Source: a virus | Taxonomy: Duplodnaviria; Caudoviricetes | Length of the DNA: 45,207 nt | Reading direction: 5' to 3' (one strand) | Virus record (IMG/VR): IMGVR_UViG_3300037424_001538 | Span: 1-45,207 of that record | Shown: piece by piece, positions 1 through 9,810 of the stretch | Layout: each line of letters begins with the position of its first letter | Position numbering within the stretch: position 1 is the stretch's first letter | Notes under the pieces: generated by a model | Database searches by the model: none | The model's input: only the letters and a program-made list of their open reading frames with translations | What the model was told of the DNA's origin: nothing | Program-made: the position numbers and the translations under genes

Positions 1-1
1 G

Positions 2-745
2 GCAGCCGAGATTAACCGACTGACGGGGGCTCCAGGAACTTGGACCTTTGTGAACGCTGGCTTCACAACAAGTAACGAGCCCAACGACTGGTTCGTTGCT
101 AACAGTGGCTTGATGTTCCTCTGTGGGCAGAACGGCCGCATCTACAAGCTGACCAATTCTCTTGCTGGTGTGTCCGAGATCTACACAAGCGCCGGTGCCG
201 ACTTGGTTCGCATCAATGGCGACGGCAGTGGTACCATTGTGTCGGTTGGCGAGTCGGGCACGATTCTGAAGTCGATCAACGATGGACTGACGTGGTCGCT
301 AGTGACTCCACCAACTGCATCTGTCACCTTCCGCGCCGTCGAGGTTATGGATCGCTATACCTACTGGATCGGCTCTCACTCGGGTGGTCTGTGGTACACA
401 CTTGATGGGGGTGAGTCGTGGGTGACCGTCAGTCTGGGATCCGACGTGGTTCGCATCGACGACGTTATCTTCGCGACCGAGGAGGTTGGGTATGTTCTCA
501 CAGGCGCGCCGAACGTCAGCACGGCGCGCCTCTACACTACATACGACTCAGGCCAGAACTGGTCGTCGACACAGGTCACCAGCAACCCTCGCCTACTCAA
601 CTGGCTCACCTTCACACGAGGCAATCGCTTGGCGGTTCCCAACCTGGTTCCCGACTCGGTTGCTGCTCGCCGGGTGGCCATTGGTGGTCTGAGTGGTGGC
701 GGCACCGATGGCATTCTAATCCAAGGCGTTCAGCGTTCTATCTAA
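2..745 (+). CDS. 5'-truncated virion protein with BNR/Asp-box beta-propeller repeats, in the major tail (tube) protein position
   Basis: Frame is open from base 2. Asp-box repeats SINDGLTW, TLDGGESW, TYDSGQNW. Lies directly upstream of the chaperone and tape measure genes. Confidence 0.6.
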   Translation, partial: AAEINRLTGAPGTWTFVNAGFTTSNEPNDWFVANSGLMFLCGQNGRIYKLTNSLAGVSEIYTSAGADLVRINGDGSGTIVSVGESGTILKSINDGLTWSLVTPPTASVTFRAVEVMDRYTYWIGSHSGGLWYTLDGGESWVTVSLGSDVVRIDDVIFATEEVGYVLTGAPNVSTARLYTTYDSGQNWSSTQVTSNPRLLNWLTFTRGNRLAVPNLVPDSVAARRVAIGGLSGGGTDGILIQGVQRSI

Positions 746-762
746 GATAGGAGAGACAACAT

Positions 763-1581
763 ATGTATGATCCAACAGGGAGCTCTGCAAAGAGCGACGG
801 CGTCGAGTCCGAGACTGGCACACTCATCGAAGGGCTCATCCTTGCTCTAGAGGCTGGTACGATCGACAAAGATGAGGTGCTGAAGGCGCTCAACGTTAAG
901 AGGCAAAAGGGAAGGAAGGCGCCCCCGCTGCCCGAGTTCACGTTCGAAGGGTCGGGCATCACGGTGAATATTCGGCGAATGGGACCGTTCACTCTCGACC
1001 AGATTAGGTTGAGCCTCCAAAGGGAAGAGGGAGGTAAAGGGCCTCGGCCGCCAATGGTCGAGGTCAACTACGGCACCAAGGACCAACCCGATATGAGGTC
1101 GGAGGAGAACCCAGCAGACCCTGCTTACAAAGAGGCCCTAGCTGTGTTTCAGAAGGAGACCACAGAGAAAGAGGGTCGCAAGTTTATCGACACCATCGTC
1201 AATCACGCGGTAGTGTGCGAGCTAGGCGAAGAGGAGCTGGAGGAGATAGCACACGCGCGTGCGTTCCTCATTGGTCTAGGCGCTGATGCAGATGAGGTCA
1301 AGGCCATCAGCGATCACGAGATCTACGTGAAGCACGTGTGTGTCAAGTCAACCGGCGACCTCAAGCTGCTCCAAGAAGCGGTGATCGGCGAGAGTATCCC
1401 CACGGAGGAGCGTATTCAAGCGCAGGAGGCCACGTTTCGCGGTAATGTTCAGGAGGAGACCCCTGAAATTTTGGGACGTGCCCCTGTCGGGGATGAACTA
1501 CAACAACACACTGGATTGGGAGTTGGCTCTGCAGTGGTGGGGTACATACAAGAGGGAGGAGTTCGAGGCCCTACCAGTTGA
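763..1581 (+). CDS. Tail assembly chaperone (G-like)
   Basis: RBS AGGAG before ATG; acidic helical protein immediately upstream of the tape measure gene; overlapped by a second-frame ORF. Confidence 0.7.
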   Translation: MYDPTGSSAKSDGVESETGTLIEGLILALEAGTIDKDEVLKALNVKRQKGRKAPPLPEFTFEGSGITVNIRRMGPFTLDQIRLSLQREEGGKGPRPPMVEVNYGTKDQPDMRSEENPADPAYKEALAVFQKETTEKEGRKFIDTIVNHAVVCELGEEELEEIAHARAFLIGLGADADEVKAISDHEIYVKHVCVKSTGDLKLLQEAVIGESIPTEERIQAQEATFRGNVQEETPEILGRAPVGDELQQHTGLGVGSAVVGYIQEGGVRGPTS

Positions 1582-1684
1582 TATGCAGGCTCGACTCATA
1601 GCAGTATACAGAATCAATCGGAACATGGAGTCCGTGCTGGCTAAAGCTCAAGCCGACGACATGCGGCGCAATAGTAGTGGGTAA
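1436..1684 (+). CDS. Tail assembly chaperone frameshift extension (GT-like, +1 frame)
   Basis: The +1 frame is open from 1385 to 1684 and ends at the tape measure start; candidate shift site TTT_CGC at 1435-1440. Confidence 0.6.
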   Translation, partial: FAVMFRRRPLKFWDVPLSGMNYNNTLDWELALQWWGTYKREEFEALPVDMQARLIAVYRINRNMESVLAKAQADDMRRNSSG

Positions 1685-1685
1685 C

Positions 1686-4600
1686 ATGGCACTCCCAGTT
1701 ACTGGTCTACAATTTGTCGCTCAGGGACTAGGTTCATTCCTTACCGGCGTTAATAGTGCCTCGAAAGGTGTTCAGAACTTCTACCAACAGGCAGGAAAGT
1801 CTGTTGGTAGTCTTTCTGGGTTTAATAGTGTTACCAACCAACTTAGCTCCTCGGTCAATTACCTCATACACCGCCTCTTAGTGTTGGGTACGGTCTATGC
1901 TGCCACAAGTGCTGCTAAGCGAGCACTCGTTATGGGCTTCGAGCAGGTCGTGCTATACGATCGTATGTCTCTATCTATTCAAGCCCTCATTGCAAGAGAC
2001 GCGATGGCAGCGGACGCGTCTCTAGATTTCGGTGCCGCTATGGCTAAGGCTGCACCCCAAGCTAAAGATCTGTTAAACTGGACGCAGCAGTTGGCTGTCG
2101 TCTCTATCTTCGAGTCAGAGGACATTCGAGGGGTTCAGGCTTTCGCACAGGCTTCGGGTATTGCTGCGGATCAAGCCCAGATCATGACAGCCTCCGTTGG
2201 AGCATGGGGCACTGTTACTGGTCGAACCGAGCAGACACTAAGCAATGTCACAAACGCTCTGTCAGACATGTTTACCAAGGGCAAGGTTCAGGCAGAGGAG
2301 ATGCGTCAGCTAGCACGTAACAACATCCCTGCTTGGGAGTATCTATCCAAAGCGTTGGGCGTCTCGGTAGAGAAACTGCGTGAGATGGTTACAAAAGGCC
2401 TGGTGCCCGCTAACGTAGGCATCAAGGCGATCACTGATGGACTGTCAAGAGACTATGGCCCCGCTCTAAAAGAGTTTGCATTTTCTGCAGCCGGCATTGC
2501 CTCATCTCTATCTGATCTCAAAAAGATTGCATTGCGTGAATTCTTCACAGGCACGTTCAGTGCTATCCAACCATATCTAGAACGCTTTGTCGCCGTTCTC
2601 ATGCAGCCCGAGACCATAGAAACTATTCGTGGGTGGGGTAATGCTTTGGGGGCGGTAGCTGCTAAGTTCTTCGGTTTTGCTGAGGCTGTCATAGCATCGG
2701 GCGATCCCCTTGGCTACATAGCGATGGCGATCAACAATGTCATTCCGGGCTTTTACGCTCTTTACGACGCCATTTCAACCATGATCACTACCTTCGCCGG
2801 ACTTGCAAGAGAGGCGTTTGGTTGGGGCGAAGGCATCGGGACAAGTTTTGCCGAGGGCATTATAGCTGCTGCGACATACATTGTTCAGGCTATCACCTAC
2901 ATTGGCAACATACTAGCAAGTTGGTTAGCCCCAGGCTCTCCACCTCGCGTTGCACCAGACCTACCCGTTTGGGGGCAGGCAGCGGGTGAAGAGTGGATTG
3001 GGGGCTTCGCCAAAGCCGACATGAGCTCCCTTAAAGACCTCGCGAGTAGCATCAAGGACGTCCTCAAAAATGCTGTAGCTGCAGGTAGTATGACCGACGA
3101 AGGCATCATACCTGCAATGCTTGGTGGTTACGATGTTCTAGCCCAGGCTATCAGTGAGATGAACACCCTGGGAGATGTAACTGCAGAGACTATGAGCCTA
3201 GTGTATGACTGGGCTACGTCGACGTCTCCTGAGGTATACGAGCTGGTTGAGTCGTTCTTCGAGTGGGAGAAGGCGTCTCAAGCTGTTAAGCAGGCGCAGG
3301 AAGAGCTTGACGAAGTCAACCAGCGCATGGCCGACTCCCTGAAACCCTTCAACAAGGCACTCAAGGAGAATGAAGCAGCCCAGAAGCGCCTGCGTGAAGA
3401 GGACAAACTGCGCAAGCTCCGGGAGAAGATTGCCGCCGGCAAGGCCTCACCCCAGGAGATTAAACTGGCCCTGCTCGAAGAGGAAGAGATCAAGATACGG
3501 GCTAACATAGATGGAATCGAGGCACAAAACGAAGCAGAGCTCGAAGCAGCTCAGGCCAGGCTGGATGCTGCAACCTTGGTCGAGGAAAAGGCTAAGGCCG
3601 AGCTGGAGAACAAGCAGGCGCAAATCGAGCTACAGGCATCGCACAACGCACTTATTGCAGAACAGGTCAAACTTCTAGAAACTATAGCCAAGCAGAACGA
3701 AGCTGCCGCGAAGAAGGCAGCAGGTGGAGGTGGCGGCGGCGGTGGCTTGCCTGAGGGTGCCGGAACTGGGAAGCTAGACCTTGACACGGGCATCTTGGGC
3801 GACATACAGGATGCTCTAGACTCCTTCAAGAAGAAGGCCGATGAAGCCCGAATGGCCTGGAATAAGATACGCAAAGAGTTTGAGGACAGCAAGGCTTCAA
3901 TCAAGGGTGTGACAAAGGATCTCGCACCTCTCAGTGACCTTGCTGGAGGTATTGGGCTTGCGTTTGGATCTCTTGCTGCGGGTGGTATCATCACCTTCGT
4001 GATCAACCTTGTTAAGTCGATTAGTCCTATAGGCTTGCTGATTACGGCGGCTACGTTACTGTACAAGGCTTGGACGACCAACTTCATGGGCATCCAGGAG
4101 GTGGTCGGCGGAGTTGTGACCTATATCGAGGGACTCATTGCCGACTACATACCTACGCAAACCGAGATGGGCAACACGATGGATAAGGTTTCCAAGGCCA
4201 TCGAAACTGCCTGGAAGGGTACCATCCTACCTGCTGTCACAACGGTGTCTGAGTTCTTTAAGACTGAGGTGGGTCCTGTAATTGGCGAGCTCGCTACAGC
4301 CATCATGCCCCTGCTTGTTTCCGCGGGCGGCCTTCTGGCGAGCATATTCAACAATGTAGTTGTACCTGCAGCCAGGTTGCTATGGACCGCCTTTACTGAG
4401 CTGATATGGCCTATCATCAAAGTCGTCGCAGCCGAAGTAACGACCAACTTCATTCCTGCACTGATAGCTATTGTTGACTTCATATCAGAACATGTTCTAC
4501 CCATCTTCAACGACGTATTTACCTTTGTGTCAGAGTCTTTGATACCCATAGTCACTGAGATTGCACGTATTGTACGCGAAGTGTTCAGGATCGCTTGGGA

Positions 4601-6125
4601 GCTTCTCCTTGCTTACTGGAACAATTACCTATTCCCTGCGTTGACTAAACTCTACAATGACTATATACAACCTCTAATCGCCAAGCTGACAGGCCCAGGT
4701 AGCATTGGGGAGGGTCTAGGTAAGGTCCAAGAAGCATGGGATTACGTAGTTGGTGTTGTAGACGACTTTATCGAAAGCCTAGGTGGTCTACAGGGCATTA
4801 TCGATAATGTTTTAGGTTGGTTGAAAGACCTTCGTGAAACTCTTGAGTCTATTAAGATACCTACAGGTCTGGAGGAGCATAGCCCATCACCTTTAGAGCA
4901 GGCTATTACACACGTTACGGACGCGGTAATACTGCTCAACACTGTCGCTGCGAACATGGGGAACATCTGGGCAGATTTGCTGGACGCTGACCAGATGATA
5001 GGGCTCTCCGACGAGATGAAAGAGTTCAGGGAGGAGCAGCTGAAGCTGTTCGAGGAGCTCCCTGATAAAATCCAAGATGTTACTAAGGATCTGGTGGACT
5101 TCCTGCGTGAGACGAAAGAGAACCTACTCTCCGCCACCATAGGCTCTTTCGACACACTGATAGAAAACCTGCACCGTTTGCGTGACGCCCAGGAAACCCT
5201 CGACAACGAACGCAAGGAGTCGGCTGAGACGCTAGCCGAGATAGTTGCCGAAGCGAACGAGAAGGAAAAAGAGGCTCAGGAGGAGCTAGCAGAGGCCAAA
5301 GCAAAGGGGGACGCCGACTCTATTATCGCTGCCATGAAGCAACTAGACTTGGTGCGCCAAGCTAATGGCGTCACCCTCGCAGCGGCCTACGCGCAGCGGG
5401 ATGCCGACTTTGATAGGATCAACGCTCTCCAGAACATCCAAAGAATGGAAGAGTATGAGCTAGAGAGGGCTCGACAGCAGTTCTTGGAGAAGGCCGCGAC
5501 AGGTGACATTGACAACGCTCAACGCCTGTTTGATCTGAGGTCTCGCCAGATCCATGACCTTGCCCAGATAGATGCAGCTATAGCTGGAGAAACGGACGAG
5601 GGACGTATAGCGTCGCTGCAAAGAGAGCGTGACTTCTTGGTTCAGCAGCAAGCCTACGAGATGCAGCTGTTCGATAGTCAGGCGCAACACAGAGTAGATA
5701 CCATTGAAGAGGCTTTGGCCAAGATCGCAGAGGCGTTCCAGAACATCGAGTTCCCCATCATAGGAGACGTAACTAACGACATAATGTTGGCGTTCATGAA
5801 CCTAACTCAGCTGATGAGCCAGTTAGCCTCGATTCAGCTGCCTGACTGGTTGATACCTGGAAGCCCCACACCTTTAGAGATCGGACTCCGTGGCATCACG
5901 GGCGCCGTGCGACAATTAACAACCCAGGTTCTGCCACCGCTGCGTATGGAGTTGGGTAGACTATCAGCTCCAATGAACCCTGGGCAGATAATGGCAGGGG
6001 CATACAGTAGTGCTAACAGTTTTACGGATGCGAGGCAGTATAATGCCACATTCCCGACGAATAACTCGCCAGCGGTAGCCTACCAGTCCTTTGAGATAAT
6101 GAGAAGCATGCAAGGAGCACGCTGA
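1686..6125 (+). CDS. Tape measure protein
   Basis: About 1480 aa, Ala/Gly-rich and helical; tape-measure motif KGKVQAEEMRQL; coiled-coil and Trp/Pro-periodic amphipathic repeats. ATG at 1686 preferred over GTG at 1677. Confidence 0.93.
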   Translation: MALPVTGLQFVAQGLGSFLTGVNSASKGVQNFYQQAGKSVGSLSGFNSVTNQLSSSVNYLIHRLLVLGTVYAATSAAKRALVMGFEQVVLYDRMSLSIQALIARDAMAADASLDFGAAMAKAAPQAKDLLNWTQQLAVVSIFESEDIRGVQAFAQASGIAADQAQIMTASVGAWGTVTGRTEQTLSNVTNALSDMFTKGKVQAEEMRQLARNNIPAWEYLSKALGVSVEKLREMVTKGLVPANVGIKAITDGLSRDYGPALKEFAFSAAGIASSLSDLKKIALREFFTGTFSAIQPYLERFVAVLMQPETIETIRGWGNALGAVAAKFFGFAEAVIASGDPLGYIAMAINNVIPGFYALYDAISTMITTFAGLAREAFGWGEGIGTSFAEGIIAAATYIVQAITYIGNILASWLAPGSPPRVAPDLPVWGQAAGEEWIGGFAKADMSSLKDLASSIKDVLKNAVAAGSMTDEGIIPAMLGGYDVLAQAISEMNTLGDVTAETMSLVYDWATSTSPEVYELVESFFEWEKASQAVKQAQEELDEVNQRMADSLKPFNKALKENEAAQKRLREEDKLRKLREKIAAGKASPQEIKLALLEEEEIKIRANIDGIEAQNEAELEAAQARLDAATLVEEKAKAELENKQAQIELQASHNALIAEQVKLLETIAKQNEAAAKKAAGGGGGGGGLPEGAGTGKLDLDTGILGDIQDALDSFKKKADEARMAWNKIRKEFEDSKASIKGVTKDLAPLSDLAGGIGLAFGSLAAGGIITFVINLVKSISPIGLLITAATLLYKAWTTNFMGIQEVVGGVVTYIEGLIADYIPTQTEMGNTMDKVSKAIETAWKGTILPAVTTVSEFFKTEVGPVIGELATAIMPLLVSAGGLLASIFNNVVVPAARLLWTAFTELIWPIIKVVAAEVTTNFIPALIAIVDFISEHVLPIFNDVFTFVSESLIPIVTEIARIVREVFRIAWELLLAYWNNYLFPALTKLYNDYIQPLIAKLTGPGSIGEGLGKVQEAWDYVVGVVDDFIESLGGLQGIIDNVLGWLKDLRETLESIKIPTGLEEHSPSPLEQAITHVTDAVILLNTVAANMGNIWADLLDADQMIGLSDEMKEFREEQLKLFEELPDKIQDVTKDLVDFLRETKENLLSATIGSFDTLIENLHRLRDAQETLDNERKESAETLAEIVAEANEKEKEAQEELAEAKAKGDADSIIAAMKQLDLVRQANGVTLAAAYAQRDADFDRINALQNIQRMEEYELERARQQFLEKAATGDIDNAQRLFDLRSRQIHDLAQIDAAIAGETDEGRIASLQRERDFLVQQQAYEMQLFDSQAQHRVDTIEEALAKIAEAFQNIEFPIIGDVTNDIMLAFMNLTQLMSQLASIQLPDWLIPGSPTPLEIGLRGITGAVRQLTTQVLPPLRMELGRLSAPMNPGQIMAGAYSSANSFTDARQYNATFPTNNSPAVAYQSFEIMRSMQGAR

Positions 6126-8677
6126 TGCGTCGTAATCACTGGGAGCTACCAGACGTCTCAACAGGCCCCTTTAAGTTGCCTCCCAGGATTAGCATTGTGG
6201 TGCCTGTAAGCTGGGATGTCACTAACTACATCACCAATCCCTCCTTTGAGGGTCCATCGAGCAACTGGAATGTGAGCGCAGGCAGTTGCACTGTATTTTC
6301 TGGGACCAACGCCGTACAGTTCTCGGGTTCATGGAGTCTGGAGGTCGCCTGCTCTCCTCCACCTGAGTCCCCTTTACGATTGTATTACGGCGATACAACG
6401 CCTCTCAGTACTATATTGGGTTCAGTGTACGTAGCCTCAATATGGTTTCTGGGATCTCGAGCGGGCGTGTATTACGATTGGTATATAGCTACCACAGCCG
6501 GAGCGCGGTTGAGCGGGATTCAATTCCGCTCGACTGGGTACTGGCAGCGAGTATGGTTCTCCTACAAAGAAACGTCCACGGCATCACGGCGTTTGTATAT
6601 AGAGTCGGTCGACAACGTTGCAACGTTCTACATAGATGCTGCACAGTTTGAGTCAATACCTTCGGGACAGATAGCCCTTCCAACAACCTATATCGATGGC
6701 GATCAAACCAGCTTGACGACTGACAATTCTGAGGTGGTTTATTACTGGAACGGCACCCCCCATGCATCCACCAGTGTTCGTCTTAGTGGAGACAGGTCGG
6801 GAGGTAGAGAGCTTCCTTTGAGCGAGATGGGTGTGGTTGTCAATGCGATATCCGGACTAGGACTATCAACACCCAACAATATATCGCTACCCTTTAGTCA
6901 ATTAGACGGAGAGCAATACCAGAGAACTCAAAAGGAGCCTAGGGTGTTCTCTCTAGGAGGTCGAATTACAGGAAGCAGTCAAGCACAGTTAGATAGACTG
7001 TTTGGTTCCTTGACTCGAGTCGTTGATACTGATGTTGCGCCGTTTCGGCAGCCTTTGGTACTTCGATACGTGCCTGTTGACGAGGACGAGAATCAAATAG
7101 GCTCTGAGGTAAGCATCCCATGTATCTATCAGGGCGGAATGGAGGGTCAGAGGAATAATCACAACACCGAACAGTTCGTGGCTAGCTTCTCTCAGCTCTA
7201 TCCAGTACTTCTTGGCCATGAGGAAGGGGAGACGCTCAATGTATATGATGAGATAGCCGCTACGAACTTCCTTATCAAGAGATCTCCTGGGGGTTTGTGG
7301 AGTGCTCTTAGTACGGGTATCAGTGGTGGCACCACAACCATAAACGCAATAGCCGAGCACCCCAACGGCACCATCTATATTGGCGGCAACTTCACCGACG
7401 CAGGGGGTAGTGGTGCTGACTACGCAGCTATCTACAACCCGATCACTGATACTTTCTCGGTAGTCAAGGCGGCTACTGCCTTCAATGCAGAGGTGTTTGC
7501 TATCGTAATTGACCAGGCCAGCGGTCATGTATACTTTGGCGGTGCGTTCACCAACGTAGATGGAATAGCTGCGGCAGACGGCATTGTAGACTACGACGTG
7601 ATCAATAACACCTTTGCGGCGTTGGGTTCTGGCGTGAGTGCAGGTACGTCTGTGCTATCGCTAGCACTCGATGGCGCAGGTTTCCTTTTCGCAGGGGGCA
7701 CCTTCCTATTGATGAACGGCGTTGCGAACACAGTGAGGTTTGCTCGATGGAACATAAACACGGGTGTATGGCAAGCATTTGGGACCGGAGTCAACGGGGA
7801 TGTGAATACCATCCTGGCTCTCGCGAGTGGGATTGTGTATATTGGTGGCGATTTCCTCCTTGCGGGGGGCGTTGCCAGCACTATTCGTATAGCCAAGTGG
7901 AACGGCGCGGCCTGGACGGCGATGGGCACTGGCGCCAATGCGCGGGTTCGCGACCTTCTAATAGCTCCTAGCGGGATCCTCTTCATTGCAGGGTCATTTA
8001 CGACAATCAATGGCCTATCCATTCAGTATCTTGCCAAGTGGAATGGTACAGGGTTTAGTGCACTGGACTCAGGCACCTCAGTAACGAATGCCGTATACTC
8101 ACTGTCGATGGATCCGACCGGCATGTTGTATCTAGTAGGAGCGTTCCTTAACATCAATGGGGTTGTGTATGATGTAAGCGCAGCCAAGTTTGATAATGGG
8201 GCCTTTACGCCTCTCGACATGTATACATTCTCTGCCGCCACCAAGATATTGGTGAGTAGGAATGGCAGTATCTATATAGGCCTCACACTTGGCTCTGGTG
8301 CCGCCATACCAGGGAGTACTGTAGTAACGAATCATGGTTCGGCATATGCGTATCCCATCATGACTATTACATGCGCCTCACCTTCTCAGGATATTCAACA
8401 ACTCATCAATGTCACAACTAAGAAAGCCATTTATCTGGACTACACTATGCAGATAGGTGAGATCGCCGTCTTTAACTTCAACCCACAGAAAGGGTCGTTC
8501 ACCTCTAACCTCCAGGGAAACTTAGCATCGAAGGTATTACCGGGATCGAACGAGGGCAGCTTCTACTTGGTTCCTGGTGATAACACAATAAGGATTCTAG
8601 CCACAAACGCTTTCACGGTGGCTATACGCTGGAGCATGTCATTCTTATCAGCATCCGATCCCGTGGGTGTTATATGA
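6125..8677 (+). CDS. Evolved distal tail (Dit-like) protein with a carbohydrate-binding-like domain and an inserted beta-propeller
   Basis: Follows the tape measure gene. N-terminal NYITNPSFEG CBM-like start; Dit-like segments (GLGLSTPNN...EPRVFSLGG and VTNHGSAYAYP...LVPGDNTIRI) flank repeated 'IYIGGxFT...IAKWNG' blades. Confidence 0.7.
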   Translation: MRRNHWELPDVSTGPFKLPPRISIVVPVSWDVTNYITNPSFEGPSSNWNVSAGSCTVFSGTNAVQFSGSWSLEVACSPPPESPLRLYYGDTTPLSTILGSVYVASIWFLGSRAGVYYDWYIATTAGARLSGIQFRSTGYWQRVWFSYKETSTASRRLYIESVDNVATFYIDAAQFESIPSGQIALPTTYIDGDQTSLTTDNSEVVYYWNGTPHASTSVRLSGDRSGGRELPLSEMGVVVNAISGLGLSTPNNISLPFSQLDGEQYQRTQKEPRVFSLGGRITGSSQAQLDRLFGSLTRVVDTDVAPFRQPLVLRYVPVDEDENQIGSEVSIPCIYQGGMEGQRNNHNTEQFVASFSQLYPVLLGHEEGETLNVYDEIAATNFLIKRSPGGLWSALSTGISGGTTTINAIAEHPNGTIYIGGNFTDAGGSGADYAAIYNPITDTFSVVKAATAFNAEVFAIVIDQASGHVYFGGAFTNVDGIAAADGIVDYDVINNTFAALGSGVSAGTSVLSLALDGAGFLFAGGTFLLMNGVANTVRFARWNINTGVWQAFGTGVNGDVNTILALASGIVYIGGDFLLAGGVASTIRIAKWNGAAWTAMGTGANARVRDLLIAPSGILFIAGSFTTINGLSIQYLAKWNGTGFSALDSGTSVTNAVYSLSMDPTGMLYLVGAFLNINGVVYDVSAAKFDNGAFTPLDMYTFSAATKILVSRNGSIYIGLTLGSGAAIPGSTVVTNHGSAYAYPIMTITCASPSQDIQQLINVTTKKAIYLDYTMQIGEIAVFNFNPQKGSFTSNLQGNLASKVLPGSNEGSFYLVPGDNTIRILATNAFTVAIRWSMSFLSASDPVGVI

Positions 8678-9810
8678 GCATAGAGTACTCTTGCAGGCTG
8701 GAAGATCCCTATGGCGAGCCACTAGAGTCGTTCAGTAACTTCGCCGATCCCACCGACGGGGGCGGTGCGGGGCTAGACTACGTACTCAATGTAGGTCAAG
8801 AGGCAGCGTTGCTGTTAACCTTACCGTCGACCGTGGATCTTAGCTTGTTCAATGTCGATTGTCGATTAAGACCCTTCAGGTCGATCCACGGTCGAACACC
8901 CTACAACGACAATCAGTCATGCTACTTGCTACGTAAGAAGACTATTACCAATGGCTGGTATAGATTCACAGGAAGACACGTTAACTCTTTGTTTACTCGT
9001 AGGATCGTTGGATATTCCACAGGAACGGCTTTCGCGGTGAAGACAGACAACGCTGGCGACATAATCAAGCAGTTAGCCAGGCAGAACATTGGTGCGAATA
9101 TCGACGCTAGTCGCGACACAGTTTTGACTAGTGCTAACTTAGTCACACCAGGCTATCTCTCCATAGAGCCAGATTTAGGTCACGGAGTCTCAGTGACGCG
9201 AGAGACAGCACGTGGGGAGCTGCTGCGAATATTCCAGGATCTTGCCGCTGACTCGACTCAGAGCGGTACCTACTTAGCTTTCGGTCTCGCTGGAGGCTCC
9301 GGATCTAATCCGTTCGAACTTGTGACTAAGGTGGGCCAATGGGGCGAAGATCGACAAGACCTGGTTTTATCACCAGATCAAGGCAACATCGAGAACTGGA
9401 AGGTAGAGATAGACCACAACGATGAGGCGACTGTAATTATCGCGGCGGGCACTGGTCAGGGATCTCTTCGCATTAAACAGGTAGCTGTCGACACAGCTAG
9501 GGTCAGCACATCACCGTTCGGACATATAGAGAAGATGGTTGACGTACCGAATGGAGATTCAGCGGCCAAGGTACTATCCTATGCTCAGGCGTCACTAAGA
9601 CAGTATGAACCTAGGATATCTTTTGAGGCAGACCTGGTCGAGACGGCCAAGGCTACCAGGGGTGTTCATTTCGACTTGGGGGACATAGTAACAGCTAGAG
9701 TGACCGTTCAGGGTAACGTGTTACAGTTCCCTTGTCGGCTTGATACCGTTTACGTAAGCGTGCGAAAGACGGGTCAGAGAAGTCGAATACAGCTGACGAG
9801 TCCAATATGA
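8674..9810 (+). CDS. Baseplate hub / siphovirus Gp37-like minor tail protein
   Basis: Position after Dit; motifs ATVIIAAGTGQG, FGHIEKMVD, HFDLGDIVT typical of this family; ATGA overlap. Confidence 0.7.
   Translation: MSIEYSCRLEDPYGEPLESFSNFADPTDGGGAGLDYVLNVGQEAALLLTLPSTVDLSLFNVDCRLRPFRSIHGRTPYNDNQSCYLLRKKTITNGWYRFTGRHVNSLFTRRIVGYSTGTAFAVKTDNAGDIIKQLARQNIGANIDASRDTVLTSANLVTPGYLSIEPDLGHGVSVTRETARGELLRIFQDLAADSTQSGTYLAFGLAGGSGSNPFELVTKVGQWGEDRQDLVLSPDQGNIENWKVEIDHNDEATVIIAAGTGQGSLRIKQVAVDTARVSTSPFGHIEKMVDVPNGDSAAKVLSYAQASLRQYEPRISFEADLVETAKATRGVHFDLGDIVTARVTVQGNVLQFPCRLDTVYVSVRKTGQRSRIQLTSPI

Noticed and set aside
1445-1581. Canonical -1 slippery heptamer for the tail chaperone
   Set aside because: The downstream ORF is in the +1 frame; GAAATTTT at about 1465 would not give the required frame by a -1 shift.
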